DNA from: Felis catus
Taxonomy: Eukaryota
NCBI RefSeq assembly: GCF_018350175.1
Contig: NC_058368.1
Span: forward strand, 56,050,001 to 56,114,000
DNA length: 64,000 nucleotides
Direction of reading: 5' to 3'
Shown: positions 1-13,236 of the stretch, piece after piece
Layout: each line of letters starts with the position of its first letter
Position numbering within the stretch: the first letter of the stretch is position 1
The notes under the pieces: generated by a model
Seen by the model: only the letters and a program-made list of their open reading frames with translations
The model's database searches: none
What the model was told of the DNA's origin: nothing
Translations under genes and position numbers: made by a program

Positions 1-305
1 TTTATTTCTCCCTCATACCACAGTGACAAGTTTGGTTGGTTCTCTCAGGCTTTCTCAAGGAGCTGAGTTCCTCCTGTTATGTGACTTTGCTTCCGTCTCA
101 TAGACTGGAAGAGAGCCAGAACACAGAGTAGGCACACAGGCTCTAACCACCCAGGCCTGTAAGTGACTTAAGTCCCTCTGTTCTTATTGTTTTGGCCAAT
201 CTCAATTATATGGATTTTCTAAACTACATGAGAGGCTGGAGAATAATTATTTTTATTAGCTTAGGAAGAGGCAATGAAAGTTTAACATTTAGCAATGCTT
301 CCTTC
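1..305 (-). mobile_element. Old MaLR (MLT1-type) LTR fragment
   Basis: Degenerate MLT1-like motifs (ttggccaatctcaattatatgg, gaggctggagaa); recognition from memory. Confidence 0.4.
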
Positions 306-2669
306 ACTCATTGTTAAACAATGTGTTGTATATATGCCCCCACCCATATAGTATGATAAATGTGCATATTATTGAAATACAAGTGAAGTTAACATTGTAA
401 AGAACTCCAGTGTAAAGCAATCTTATATCTTCATCCTCACAGCCTGTCCTGAGATATCTTCTGCTATCTTCTGTTTCTGGACCATTAGTGTGTGTGATGA
501 TAATCAGAACCTACTTAACATTCCTTAGGTCTAAATTTGTTAGACTTCTTGAATCTTTGCCTTTCATCTAGCACACAAAGCTTAAAAGGTAAATCTTGAG
601 AAAGAAGTAGATCCTATGTATCAGGTAGAGAGTGGGGAAAAAGACATTCAAAAGTAGTGGAATCAGAGATTATTCTCATGTTATTAAGTACAAAAGGGCA
701 GAAAAGCAACACAAGGTAGTCAAAATTTCCAGATATGGAAAAGATGCCTAATTATGGAGTAACTTTACTTTGGACTCCTGATAGCTAAGTGAAGTGTCTA
801 AATCATCTTTCAACTTGAGAGATCAGTGGGACGTTGGCAGTATGTTTTAGCCCTTATTTTAAAAAAGTACTTATTATATTTCTTTTGCCTGGATATCATG
901 CATGTTTTTCCTTTCTAAATTAACACTTTCACAGCAGCATTCTATCTGAACTGTTATTAAATGTTAAGAGGATAAGCACATCCATTCTGAAATATGTGTA
1001 ACTGTAAGAACAAAATCTATGATTATTGCATTTTATATTTGTGAAACAGTAGATACTCAGAGTAGTCCCACTTTCTGGTTTGGGTCAAAGCTTAGAAGGT
1101 TGAGTTTCATCACAGTTAAATACATACCAGAGGTCATGAAAATAAATAGTAAAGATGGTCTTAGAGCATATTTCTTCACAGTCTAAGCCCAACAATTTTT
1201 CTTCAATATCATTATGTTGCTATATACATATATTTTTATGTGTAAGCTTTTAAAATTGCATTTAGTTTTACTAATGAACACACATATTGTATGTTTGTGC
1301 ATTCAGTCTGTTAATTTCTACTAATATGTAAGTCTCAATGTTTCTGAAATAAACGGGAAACTCATGATAACTGGGATGGTGTCATTTCTAGGGCAACATA
1401 AACTTCTATGGTTCATTGCTAATACTTAGCATAAGTGATAATTCCTTTCTTAAGTATTTTATAAACAATCATAAATGTAGGTGGTCTGGAAATTAGCAAT
1501 AGCATCTTAATGTTAGGTATAAACAAAGGTATAAACTTATTAGCCAGCCTTAATTAATATCCTTAAATATTTACATCAAATGCATGGGGTGTATATGTTT
1601 AAGCATGAAAGAGTAAGAAAAGTGAAAGGAGAAAGATTAACAGAAGAATAATTAAAAGTATTATGACAAATGAGTAAAAATTATACATATACACACACAC
1701 ATATACATGATTTTTGCTATTTATGACTCCTTTAGTTTCAAGACTATTTTTGCAATATTTTATCAGGCATTTCTGAAGGATTTACGTTTTTACATTTAGA
1801 ATTGGAATGAAATTTCTGATACATGAATTTCAATAAATTTTGAATATTTCCAAACACAAAGTTTTATTTTAACTCTTGAGATTTCCTGAAATATGTGTTT
1901 TGAGGGATGTTGAAGAGGAAAACAGCAATAGGATCATGTTTTCCTTTAAATATGACAATAAGACCTAGAATTAAAACTATGCTTGTTGTAAATATGAATC
2001 AATATTCTATATTTAGACATTCCCTTTTCACCTTACAGGACAATCCCTTAGAAAATATTATCTGTAGAATTCAGTGAATCTGTCACCCAATCTAATGTAA
2101 TCTTTTTATGAACATTTCAAATTATAACCATCTGTCTTACAGCTTTTTCAATAGGTAATCTTTTTCATTTATAACTACAGTCAAGACATAATTTGGGGGC
2201 AAAAAATGAATTAAAAATGTGCATCTGCCCCCACTCCCCTTTCTATATTTTATGCAAACTTTCTTATATTTTAATTTCACGTTAACTGCTTTTTCACCTT
2301 TTGTGTCTTCCCTGGATTTCCCTCTGTTCTTGGTTATACTAGGGTTGTAGTACTATGGATGTTGTAAAAAAAGATTCTGAGAGTAGCTTTGTGGTGAATT
2401 TAATTTAAAACAGGGATTAGAATCTCAGATAATACTTAATAATTAAATGATATAATCAAATTAGTTATCTAATCTGAGATAGAATACCTTATTTTTGATA
2501 TTATCAACATGAAATGTAATTATATTTATTATATAGCTGGTACTGATAAAGAGTGATGTATAAATAGCCAAGGCCATTACCATCCATGTAATTACAGTCT
2601 AATATTATATTAAGCATGTATTAACCTTAGTGAACATAATCATCACAAGCATAGATTGTTTTGATTGGT

Positions 2670-3390
2670 CTGAAGGAGACTTGCAGAATTATGAAAAAGT
2701 GAAATGAAAAGAATAAAAAGTTAATGAGTAGTACATGTAAACAGATAACCACAAAGCACATAGATTTGAAACACATGATTAACAAAATTGATCTAAAGAA
2801 TGTATATTCAGTATTACACCAAAAAGAGCAAGATAATGTGTTCACAGAAGTTCATATGGAATAGTTCACAAATTGTTCTTTAGACTGTAAAATAAGTCTT
2901 AAAAAATACCAAAGGACTGGCTGAAATAATGAAAATATGTTCTCTCAGCAGAGTAGAATTAAATGAGAAATTAAGACTAAATAGATAAATATCCCCATTG
3001 CAACTCCCAGACCAAAATTTCAATAACAACTTTATGACAATGAGCTCCCATAATAATATTTCATGAACATTATGATAATAAATTTAAAATTTTAGATGAA
3101 ATGGAAGTCACTGAAAAAACTGATAAAAATAGAAAATATAGTCTCATATCTATTAAATAAATTAACATTTTAATTGAAATTATTCCCACAAAGTAAACTC
3201 CAGCCCCTTTTGAATTTTCCAGTGAACTATCACATATATTTCAGAAAGAAATAGCATCATGATCACAAAAAATTTACCAGGATGTAAAAAAATATAGCAG
3301 AAACTTTATTTTACAAAGCCAACATTATCATGATACTAATATGTAACAAAATCATTACAAGAAAAATTAATTTTATGTCAATCCTTATCA
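2670..3390 (+). mobile_element. Ancient L1M ORF2 fragment
   Basis: Decayed endonuclease-to-linker sequence (aacaaaattgatcta, ttagatgaaatgga, cccacaaagtaaactccagccc); no open frame. Confidence 0.65.
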
Positions 3391-5891
3391 TTTTGGGGTC
3401 CCTGCTATTTATTTCTAGAAACATACTGCTATCAGTGTGGTTGTTGGGCTACCTTTTAAATTGTTCATAATACTGGGATGTTCAAACTAGTTAGTGGCCT
3501 GATTCCAAAGACTTTGTCTTTGTATACCTTTTAATGAAATATGGAAAAACAATTTCACATAGATGACATTATGTACCTATAAGAAATTATCTGGACAAAA
3601 TACTTTTTCTGTTATTTGCTGAAAGTGAATCATGTTGTGTACAGTGTTACAAAAAATGTTCTGGTAACTTACTGACATTGACAATTTTATGAAATTCAAT
3701 TATCCTTGAATTTTATATGCAATTATATTACAAATGAAAAAAAAAAACTTTATTTTTCTTTCCTGAAAGGAGTGTTAAGTACAAATTAGTTACAGCAGGG
3801 ATTCTGTTTTACAACTCATTACAATCTGCTCAACTCACTTCCTGGAGAAGTGCCTAAACTGTAGCTTAAGAATTACACACTTGGAAAATTCTTGTTTGCT
3901 ATAATAGATACACAAAAGTGTTATGAACCAACAGCGCTGAAAATTATTAAAGTGTATTATCTTGTTCTTTTGTCACCTACGGTTTAATTGATGCCTATCG
4001 TTTGTTTAATTACTGTATTTAAAACATATTTGTAGTTGGCTCTAACCTACATATTATTCTATCCTTTCACTTTTCTGGTTCCACATAATGATAATGCTAC
4101 TAATAGCAAGCTGTCTATTTGGTGTGAGTATTTTTAGAAAGAAAAATTAGAATATAGGTAGATCTGTGTATACACTAGAGTTGATCTTAATTCAATGACT
4201 AAACAAAAATATAAAGATCTCGCATATAGATTTTAAATGAATATAAAATGTCCATTTATGTTCATTATAAAAATATGTAAAACTCTTTGCCTATTTGTGT
4301 ATTTACCAAATAAACTAACAAACAAAAATAGACTTATGTGAAAGGCTAGGGCCTCTTTAAAAATAAACAAAATTGAGTTGTCCAGTTTGATGTAATTATG
4401 AATTCATTCATATATTGTTCTCATAGCTACATTTTTGAGATCAGTGTCTATACAGCAAGCAGTGATAATAGCAGCACACAATAGTATGCATATTTGTATT
4501 CTCTAAAAAATAATTCCCATTTTCCCTCTCATTTCATTATCATTAAAAGACACAGAATAAACCTCATAATCTATAGAATCAAGGATTCAAACCTAAAGGT
4601 TACATATAGCACGTTTGAAAAATTAAAATCTGAGGTTGAAAGTAAAAGAAATATATATGACCATGTGTGTACAACATACACACATACACAAAGCACATTA
4701 TTTAGTTTCAGTTTTGTCGTGAGAAGCCCTCACTATTCAGAAGGAAGTGGGGGGAAGTACTTTGTATTATTAATCATGGAGCAGGATGTAGAAATAGTAA
4801 GACTTGAATCAAAATTTAGCAGACTTTGGTTGGAAAATTAGCGCATAGTAAGGGAGTAAGGGAAATAGTTTGGAGATAAGATCTAGAAAAATCACCATGA
4901 AGAATATTTGGTAATTAAGAATATTTTATAAGAAATATGGCCTGACTTCTCTATATGTGCTGAGATTGTGCCTTAGGAAATTTTAATTGGATAGTGTTCA
5001 ACTTTTCTCTCTTCCTGTCTCTAAGTTCTATTATATGTTAATATATCAATATATCATAATATATGATATTGATCATATCATAATATATCAATTGATTTAT
5101 ATTGATACATTGATATTGATATCTATATTTCAATAAACCTCCTATTTGTCTACTAAACTGAATAGACATAAATTCTCTACCAAATATTTCCTAATGACTG
5201 ATCAAGACTTTGCAGCCACTGAAAAGGAACTGTCTCTACTTGTTTTCTTAACTGAAGTCTCCAACCCAGATACTGCTGGAAAAATATCCATGAAAACAAA
5301 GATACATTGGCTTCTTTGATTTTAACACTCAAATAGCATTAAAGTTAATCAGTACAGGAAAACAATTTGGTCAGATTGAATCAAGCAAAGCTTCTTTCTA
5401 AAATATTCAAATATATTTCAAGTGTGAAAGCCTAAGAAAATGTTACTAGAAAAGTCTTCTGGAAATATTTTTTTAACTGCTGACCTGATCTGGTCTGCTA
5501 AGAATTAACTCACATTGTAATTAGATATGATTATTTTCATATTCTATCAGATTTCATTATCTAATATTTGATTTAATATTTTAAGGTCTATTTTCTTAAG
5601 TGAAATGTTTAACTTCTATGATACTCTTGCTCAAATACACTTTCAGGCTATACAGTCGTTGGAGAATAAGCTATAAAAATTTACACTGCCTCATAAATAC
5701 AATATTTTCTCTAATTATTTATCTTTTGCTTGTTGTTTTTTTATATTTCAGCCACAGTACCCTTGTGGTTTAATTATAGTTTGGGTGATTAATTTTTTTT
5801 CTAGTTATCTGTAATTTTTCTCTTTAATTCATGGTCGATTCTTTTTCTTGAAATCTGTTACAAACATCTGCTAATCTCTATTATACTAGAC

Positions 5892-6103
5892 CAGAGGCTA
5901 GCAATTGTTTTCTATAAAGGTCTAGAGAGTAAATATGTTAGGATTTCTGGGCTTTACTTTCTCTGTCATTACTACTCAGCTCTGCTCTTTTAGCACAAAT
6001 GTAGCCATACGTGAATGATCATGGCTATGCTCCAATGTAACTTGATTAACAAAGACATGCAGTGAGCCAGACTTGGCCTGTGGTCCCTAATATGCCCACC
6101 CTG
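5892..6103 (-). mobile_element. MER58A-like hAT-Charlie DNA transposon
   Basis: CAG...CTG ends, body resembling MER58A (tagagagtaaatatgttagg, actactcagctctgc), 8-bp TSD tactagac/tgctagat typical of Charlie targets. Confidence 0.8.
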
Positions 6104-6254
6104 TGCTAGATTTGCATGCATCATAAAGTTTTTCATATGAAATGCTCTAATGTTCACATTAACTCAGTTTTAAATTTCCTTCATTTTCCCTTTCTACCAT
6201 TGCTGGTGTTTTATATTTCAGACTTTATGCATTTTTTTTTAAATCAAACCTACT

Positions 6255-6475
6255 GGGGCACCTGGGTGGCTCAGTCTATTAAAGGTCCCACTTTGGCTAA
6301 GGTTATGATCTCATGGTTTGTGAGTTCAAGCCCCATTATCAGTCTCTGTGCTGACAGCTCAGAGTCTGGAGCCTGCTCCAGAATCTGTGACTACCTCTCT
6401 CTCTGCCCCTCCCCTGCTCACGCTCCTGTCTCTCTCTGTCTCTCAAAAACTAAATAAATGTTTTTTTTTAAATAA
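6255..6475 (+). mobile_element. Can-SINE
   Basis: GGGGCACCTGGGTGGCTCAGT head, CT tract, A/T tail, degenerate TSD aaatcaaacctac/aaatcattcctac. Confidence 0.95.
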
Positions 6476-6559
6476 AAATCATTCCTACCTAAAATTTTCC
6501 TGTATTATACATATTTATACCTGGATCCCACAGCTTTCATAAAACCACTTTTGTTCTAG

Positions 6560-7152
6560 GAGTGGATGCCAAATTATCGTTGCTTAGAGAGGGATTCATG
6601 CGAGGGACATCCTAATTTAGTCATTGTTAAAGTCCCTCCCAAGTGTTTTTCTTTTATAGAGAGAAGAATACAACATTATAAAGAGCCAGGTGTGAGGAAG
6701 TGGAGAGAAATCTGTGTGAACAAAGAGTAGATTTGAGAATGATTTACCCTGAGGCCAGCCCATCTTTCAGGAGAGGTCTTTAAGGAGAATGCATGCTGGT
6801 CTAGGCTAAAGGTGGGCTGGTGGGCCAAAGATGATGGCTGGGGAGGACAGAATTCCAGTCAGAGTTTGGTTGCCAAGCATTTTGTTCCACTTGACCAGTG
6901 GGAATGCATTTTGTTCCTGTTGATCAGTGGAAACAATCAGTGGAGCTAATCATTTATGAGGCAAAGAATAGGAATCTGGAAGGTCTGTGTTTGGCCTTGT
7001 CATAGGGAACAAGGAGTCTTATGTCATCCCTGTCTCATTCACATAAGAATGATGGTTCTCTGTAGTAAACCATTTTCTGGAACACAATGAGTAGAGGGAT
7101 TTCCTTACCTTCACTGTTTTCCAGGATTACAGTGTTCAAGTAAAGTTCACCA
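6560..7152 (-). mobile_element. ERV1-class LTR (MER67/MER31-like)
   Basis: Minus strand starts tggtgaactttacttgaacactgtaatcctggaaaacag, resembling MER67-group LTR 5' ends; left boundary approximate. Confidence 0.5.
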
Positions 7153-7207
7153 AACTTTGTATTTCTGAAAAAATACAAAATACCCTATGTTCATTGGAAT
7201 CTAATCT

Positions 7208-7229
7208 TTTAAAAAAAATGTTTATTTTT

Positions 7230-7263
<34 letters not shown>

Positions 7264-7426
7264 CCACACAAGAGGAGGAGCAGCTGACAAGGAAGGAGAC
7301 AGAGGATCTGAAGTGGGCTCTGCACTGATAGCACAGAGCCTGATATGGGGCTCAAACTCATGAACTGTGAGACCATGGCCTGAGCCAAAGTCTGATGCCT
7401 ACCTGACTGAGACACCCAGGCACCCC
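7208..7426 (-). mobile_element. Can-SINE
   Basis: Reverse SINE body ending CACCCAGGCACCCC; TSD aatctaatcttt on both sides. Confidence 0.95.
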
Positions 7427-7440
7427 TGAAATCTAATCTT

Positions 7441-7663
7441 TTTTTTTAATGTTTTTTTAACATTTATTTATTTATTTTTGAGAGATAGAGACAGAGCACA
7501 AGCGGGGGATGGGCAGAGAGAGAAAGAGACACAGACTCCTAAGCAGGCTCCAGGCTCCAAGCTGTCAGCACAGAGCCCGACATGGGGCTTGAACCCACAA
7601 ATGGTGAGATCATGACCTGAGCCAAAGTCGGACACCCAACCGACTGAGCCACCCAGGCGCCCC
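7441..7663 (-). mobile_element. Can-SINE, tandem with the previous copy
   Basis: Reverse SINE ending CCCAGGCGCCCC, followed by ccctgcaatgtaatctt, a third copy of the target. Confidence 0.95.
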
Positions 7664-9539
7664 ACCCTGCAATGTAATCTTAAAATCAATTTTTAGATAA
7701 AGGCCTTTCTAAATACAATGAGATATAACACAAAGAATCATATAATTTTCAGATTTTAATGTATAAATCTCTAGAAGTGATCTATATTTACATCAATAGC
7801 TACTTTATATATGTAGATTCTTCAGTAACTGAATAGGATTATGTACACTGACCTACTTATTCCTTAAAGAACTGTTCATTTCCTACTTGACATTTTAGTT
7901 ACAATTCAGTTCTTTATAATCATGTTCTTTTTTTCCAGTTTACTTTTAGTGGAACCACCTTGTAGTTTTACTTGTTGTAGAAAAAAATTATTTCCATTTG
8001 CTGTTGACTAAATGATTTAATGAAAAAAACACATACCAAAGCCTGTCACAATATTTAACATTCCATCTATGTTTAAATAACAAAAAGATTGGGGGAAAAA
8101 GTTTTTTTAAAATACTGTAGTTAAATTAATTGTCTTTGACCTATCTTGAAAAATTATCAATCTTCTTTAATGTTCTGTTTTCTTAATAGATCTAAATAAC
8201 CTTATTTGTAAAAAGAAAATAACAAATGACTTCTCAGTATACTGTAGTTAACTATGATTCCTTGAAATTTGGCATTTGTTATCAATACAGCTATAACACC
8301 ACCACTGATTATTTAGAATCTATGTATGCTCTTCATCATATCAAAGGTTGACACTTTTATTGCTTTTAATTAGTCCTGTTCTGAACACAGTAATATAGCT
8401 ATTTAATTCTTATTTAGCAAACTAGAAACTCTCTAAGAGAACTGAAATACCTAATTAGGGACAGAGTTAAAATTTAAGCATAGGTCTTTTAGAAACTAAT
8501 GTTGGTGCATTATCCTTGGCACTAGTTGAAAATAGTTTTGGTGCATTTTTTTTTCCAGCCTGATTCAAGGGATAGGTTTATAATTTTATACAGCCTGCTT
8601 ATACCTAAGTTCAGTAAGAAGATCCTCAGCATGTTTTGAAAAAATAAGATTAATCAAAAAAGTCAGTTTTACAGAGGTAATGTGCTAGGTATTTGAGAGT
8701 TATATAATTGAATATTACGTCTCTATGTATTGGGATTTTGTGAGCTAGTAAAGGAGGCACAAGTGTATAAGGCAATTATGGCACAAGAAGGTATTTATTG
8801 TAAAGCTGACATAAACAATGTATGTGGAAGAGTCTGTATCCATCATCTTAGTTGATTCATGGTAGAAAATATAAGCACATGTTTTATAATTTCAAATTTA
8901 TGTATTAGGACACAATATATAACTTCTCAGAGTTTTAAAATGGATTGCCTAAGGTTATACAGCTAAAAAAAATGTGTAGCCATCACTCAAATTTGTATTG
9001 TCTGTTGCAGAATTCCAGTGTTCTCTACTATGTTGAGTTGTCACCTCACACAGATTCATAGGATGTGACAATCATTATTTTTCTATCATGTTGCGCACCC
9101 AAAGATGTGGATTATTTATTTCACAAATAATTGAAATTATTCATTTGATATTTATCACTTCTTAGAATTAAGGAATAGGTTCTCATTAGTTTTAAATGTT
9201 TCCAGAAATTTGACTTAATATAGTTAGGTCCCAACCTATTTCCAATAATTTATATGATGTCTTACAGTCCAAACACTTATGGTTTTTCCATTTCCCTTTA
9301 AATACTTGTTACACATGTTCTTGCACAGCTAGATATAAATTGGCAAATTAAGCCCAGTTTCCTCATAGATAACATTAAAAATGCCTTTGAATAAAACCAG
9401 AAAATAACTTTTGAGTTATCCTTTTTGATTGTTTTAGCTGACTTATTTTAACAAAGGATTGTTAAAGGTTTCCTTGCCTTAATCAGGTTTGTTCTAGGTC
9501 ATGGGCAAGGATAAATATCAGAAATACTTTTAACAGGCT

Positions 9540-9880
9540 ACATGAGATTTTACCCTGCTACGAAGTTAGTAAGTGAACCTGCCATAATTTCATAGATTCT
9601 GACAGAAGACAGAAGACTCTTGGTTCAGAGACAAAAGATTTTATTATGGCATAGAAAGAAGCCTGAGCTTCATGTATATAAATACTCCCTGTGCCCCTCA
9701 AAGTCCCCTGGTAGTGATACAGAGGCAGACCTAGTTGGATATTGCAAATTCAATGTTTTGTTTTGTTTTTGTCATAGTGAGGAAGCTTGATTATGAAACA
9801 CCAGTGTTATGAGAAGCTGCTAGCAAACATAACCTTTGTTTAAGAGGAAGATAGTATCTTTATTATCCTGGCAAGGAAAA
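9540..9880 (-). mobile_element. ERV1-class LTR 3' part (MER34/MER90-like)
   Basis: Minus strand reads AATAAAatcttttgtctctgaaccaagagtcttctgtcttctgtcagaatctatgaaattatggcagg, similar to 37310-37420. Confidence 0.55.
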
Positions 9881-9929
9881 ATGTCCATATTTCCACTCAT
9901 ATCTGGCCCTAAAAGATTTTGTTTTGCTT

Positions 9930-10760
9930 CAATTATATGTGGCCATCCACTTTGTGTTTAAAATTCCTCAGTAAAGATGTACATGGAATCATATGTATAT
10001 CTAAATACTTTGACTTATTGGCCAGTAATCAGAAATGAGAGAAATTAGGAGATAGATGTTTTTCAGAGGTCTAGGAAAAATATATATGGGCAGACCTACA
10101 GTAGTAGTAATATAGGGTGTACTTTTAGTGTCAAAGAATTTCCTGCGGAAAAAAAAAAAAAGCATTGCTGCCAAATGCTAGTGAATTATGTGATCAAGAT
10201 GACTTTCCCAGACACTGTCCCTGACATTGAAGCTTCTGTGCAATAACCTATGAATGAGGTAATCATTGAAGTAGAGGTGGTGGCTATGTGTGGGCTTAAC
10301 CTTGAGGCATATTATTCTTTAAGGCTACTCAATTTATAAAAATTAAAAAGAAATCTACCACACAATTTACTACCACTGAGTAAAGTCCAGACTCTCAGAA
10401 GAAGACACTAAAGCTAAGAAGTCAATATTATACAGTGCCTCAAGGAGAATAAACAGCCATTTGGTGGCAACTTGATTATGTCCAATTTATTCAAATCTAG
10501 AAAAGGCATCAATATTTTGACTAGGCTTGACAGATATTCCTGGTAAGTTTGACTTTTCCCTGAAATGCCTATGCCAGAACTAATTTCCAATGGCTCAGTG
10601 TGTCTCATTTGCTGATTTGAGATTGTTCTAAAATATAACCTCATACGAAGGGACGTCCTTGACAGGAAAAACTATGTGTCAATGGGCCTATGACCATAAG
10701 CACATTTTTTACAGCATATACCACATCACACACTGGATCATCCTTGCCTTGAGTTTCCTT
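9930..10760 (+). mobile_element. ERV-L pol remnant (RNase H end and integrase core), heavily degraded
   Basis: Fragmentary translations AIWWQLDYV, ILTRLDRYS and HIPHH align with ERV-L integrase motifs ATWWQVDYIG, LTGIDTYSG and YHVPHHP. Confidence 0.72.
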
Positions 10761-10919
10761 TATGTGTGTGTGTGTGTGTGTGTGTGTGCATGTGTGTATG
10801 TGTATTAACCTTTTTTTCTGGTAAGAGTAATTACCCAAATAAACCAAGCATAATCTAGCATTTACCCGTCTCCTCCCTTACCAAACAACATTTAATTACT
10901 TTTTGTATCATCCTATACC

Positions 10920-11445
10920 AGTCTGGCATATCAAAAATTTTGTACACATAATTCAGTCAGCTTTTTTATTAATGCTTTCTTAAATATGAATAGACCACCA
11001 AAATTAAAGAGATATTTGAAGAAAATATAAAACATGAAAATAACAATCAGGAAAATGCATGTTGAGGCATATAAACTATATTTCTATATTTTAATAAACT
11101 ATAATTTGTATTTTTAGAAATATTTTATAATATAAACTCATACATAGAGTGTGATAATAGAAAACAAAAACTAAACACTATTAGAAATTAAAACAGGATT
11201 GTTTAAAAAGAAAAACATTCCATATAACTTTGGAAGACACAGTCAATGCTCTTTCATAAATGGAGATGAGCCCCCCCACAACAGAAAAAAAGAAGCAAAT
11301 GAAGAAAAAAGATGAGAGAATGGGAAAAATTGAAAGGAAGGATGAGTTGTCTATCATCTAATAGGAATTGCTGGTATATAGAAAGGAGAAATTGTGTGAG
11401 AAGACATTATTAAAGCAACAAAGGGGAGATAATAAAGTCTCTTTA
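10920..11445 (+). mobile_element. Ancient L1ME-type 5'/ORF1 remnant, probably continuing at ~12630-12900
   Basis: A-rich decayed ORF1-like sequence (catctaataggaatt, gaagacattattaaag). Confidence 0.4.
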
Positions 11446-11461
11446 AAAATACACACACACA

Positions 11462-11670
11462 GGGGCACCTGGGTTGCTCAGTTGCTTAGGCCTCAGGCTC
11501 TTGATTTAGGCTCAGGTTATGATCTCACAGTTTGTGGGATGGGGCCCCATGTCAGGGCACAGAGCCTGCTTGAGATTCTCTCTCTCCCTTTCTCTCTCTG
11601 CCCCTCCCCCACTCCTGCGAGCTCTCTCTCTCTCTCAAAATAATAAATATTTTTAAAAATGTTTAAAAAT
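11462..11670 (+). mobile_element. Can-SINE
   Basis: Typical head, CT tract and tail. Confidence 0.93.
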
Positions 11671-11727
11671 AACACATGCGCATACACAGAATTAAACTAT
11701 TAAATATAGGTCACGCGATTCCAAGTC

Positions 11728-11921
11728 TTTTTTTTAATGTTTTATATATTTATGAAAGTGAGCACAAGCAGGGGAGGGTCAGAGAGAGAGGAGGACAGAG
11801 GATCTGAAACAGGCTCTGTCTTGACAGCAGTGAGCCTGATGTGGGGCTCGAACTCACAAACCACAAGATCATGAACTGAGCCGAAGCCAGAGGCTCTACT
11901 GACTGAGCCACCTAGGAGCCC
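11728..11921 (-). mobile_element. Can-SINE
   Basis: Reverse SINE body with T tail. Confidence 0.93.
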
Positions 11922-11961
11922 ATTCTACATGTCTCTGAGGAAAGTTCTGCTTTACTTACAT

Positions 11962-12612
11962 TTGTTTTATTAGAGTAGAATTGATATACAATACAATATT
12001 CTATTAGTCTCCGGTATGCATCATGGTGTTCAATATTTTTTATATTATGAAATGATTTCCACAATAAGTCTAGTTACCATTTGTTATTAGAGTATTATTG
12101 ACTATACTCCCTAAACTGTACATGACATCCCCGTGATTTATTTATTTTATAACTGGCAGTTATACGTCTTAATCCCCTTGACCTATGATGCATGCCCCCG
12201 ATGCCCATCCCCTTCTGGTAACCACCAGTTTGCTCCTTGTATCTATGAGTCTGTTCCTGTTTTGTTCGTTTGGGTTCTTTTTAGATTCCATTTATGACTG
12301 GCATTTGTCTCTCTCTTACTTATTTCACCTTATAATACTCTGTAGGTCCATCTGTAGCTGTTGCAAATGTCAAGATATAATTTTTTATGGCTGAGTAATA
12401 TTCCATTGTATATATTTACCACATCTTTTTTTATCCATTCATCTATTGATTGACACTTGGGTTTCTTCTGTATTGTGGCTATTGTAAATAATGCTTCAAT
12501 GAATATGGGATATACATATCTCTTTGAATTGTTTTTATTTTCCCTGGATAAATACCCAGAAGAGGAATTGCTAGATGACATAGTAGTTCTATTTTTAATT
12601 TTGGTAAGGAGA
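11962..12612 (-). mobile_element. 5'-truncated L1 3' end (L1MA9/carnivore L1-like)
   Basis: Minus-strand ORF2 C-terminal remnants (LAIPLLGIYP, ALFTIA, SIDEWIKK) followed by L1 3'UTR. Confidence 0.9.
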
Positions 12613-13036
12613 TTAATTTTATAAAACAACCAGCCATATTACCAAGGAAATTGTCAAAAGGAGGCAAAGCTACTCAAAGTAGTGAAATCAATGAATTATA
12701 ATCCAAGAACTATGACTTCAGGCAAACAATATTTTAAAATTAAAAAGTGCAAATTCTTAATTTATACTAACTACAGTTACACTATTATACTTCTAACTTT
12801 AATTTTTCTAAGTATGATGAAGAATATTTTTTTCACCTGTTTTTGTAAAGTAGATTTTAAACGAAGGTTTGCATATTACAAAACATGAAAAGATGTAAAA
12901 ATGTTTTAAAAATCTGAACCTGTTCCATTACTTAAGAATCATGATTATTTGATGAAAATTAATTTGGCATATAGATTTTTATGAATATTCTTCATTAAGT
13001 GAATTGTCTTTGGTATTGTTTTTAAGCAATGTTGAT

Positions 13037-13236
13037 TTTATTTTTTTTAATTAAAAAAATTATATTTAGAGAAAAAGAGAGAGAAAGCATGTGTATGTGG
13101 GGGGGGGGGGAGGGACAAAGACAGAGGGGAGGGAGAGAATCCCAAGCAGGCTCTGCATTGAGCTCAAACCAACAAACCCTGTGATCATGACGTAAGCCAA
13201 AATCAAGAGTTGGACGACTGAACCACCCAGGCACCC
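13037..13236 (-). mobile_element. Can-SINE
   Basis: Reverse SINE ending CACCCAGGCACCC. Confidence 0.9.

Noticed and set aside
4494..4841. 115-aa ORF
   Set aside because: Non-ATG start, AT-rich composition and no recognisable domain.
8340..9040. Possible MIR/L2 remnants (also near 15850, 19400, 25300, a MER5-like piece near 31750 and an old antisense L1 near 58150-58700)
   Set aside because: Too diverged to set boundaries or family by eye.
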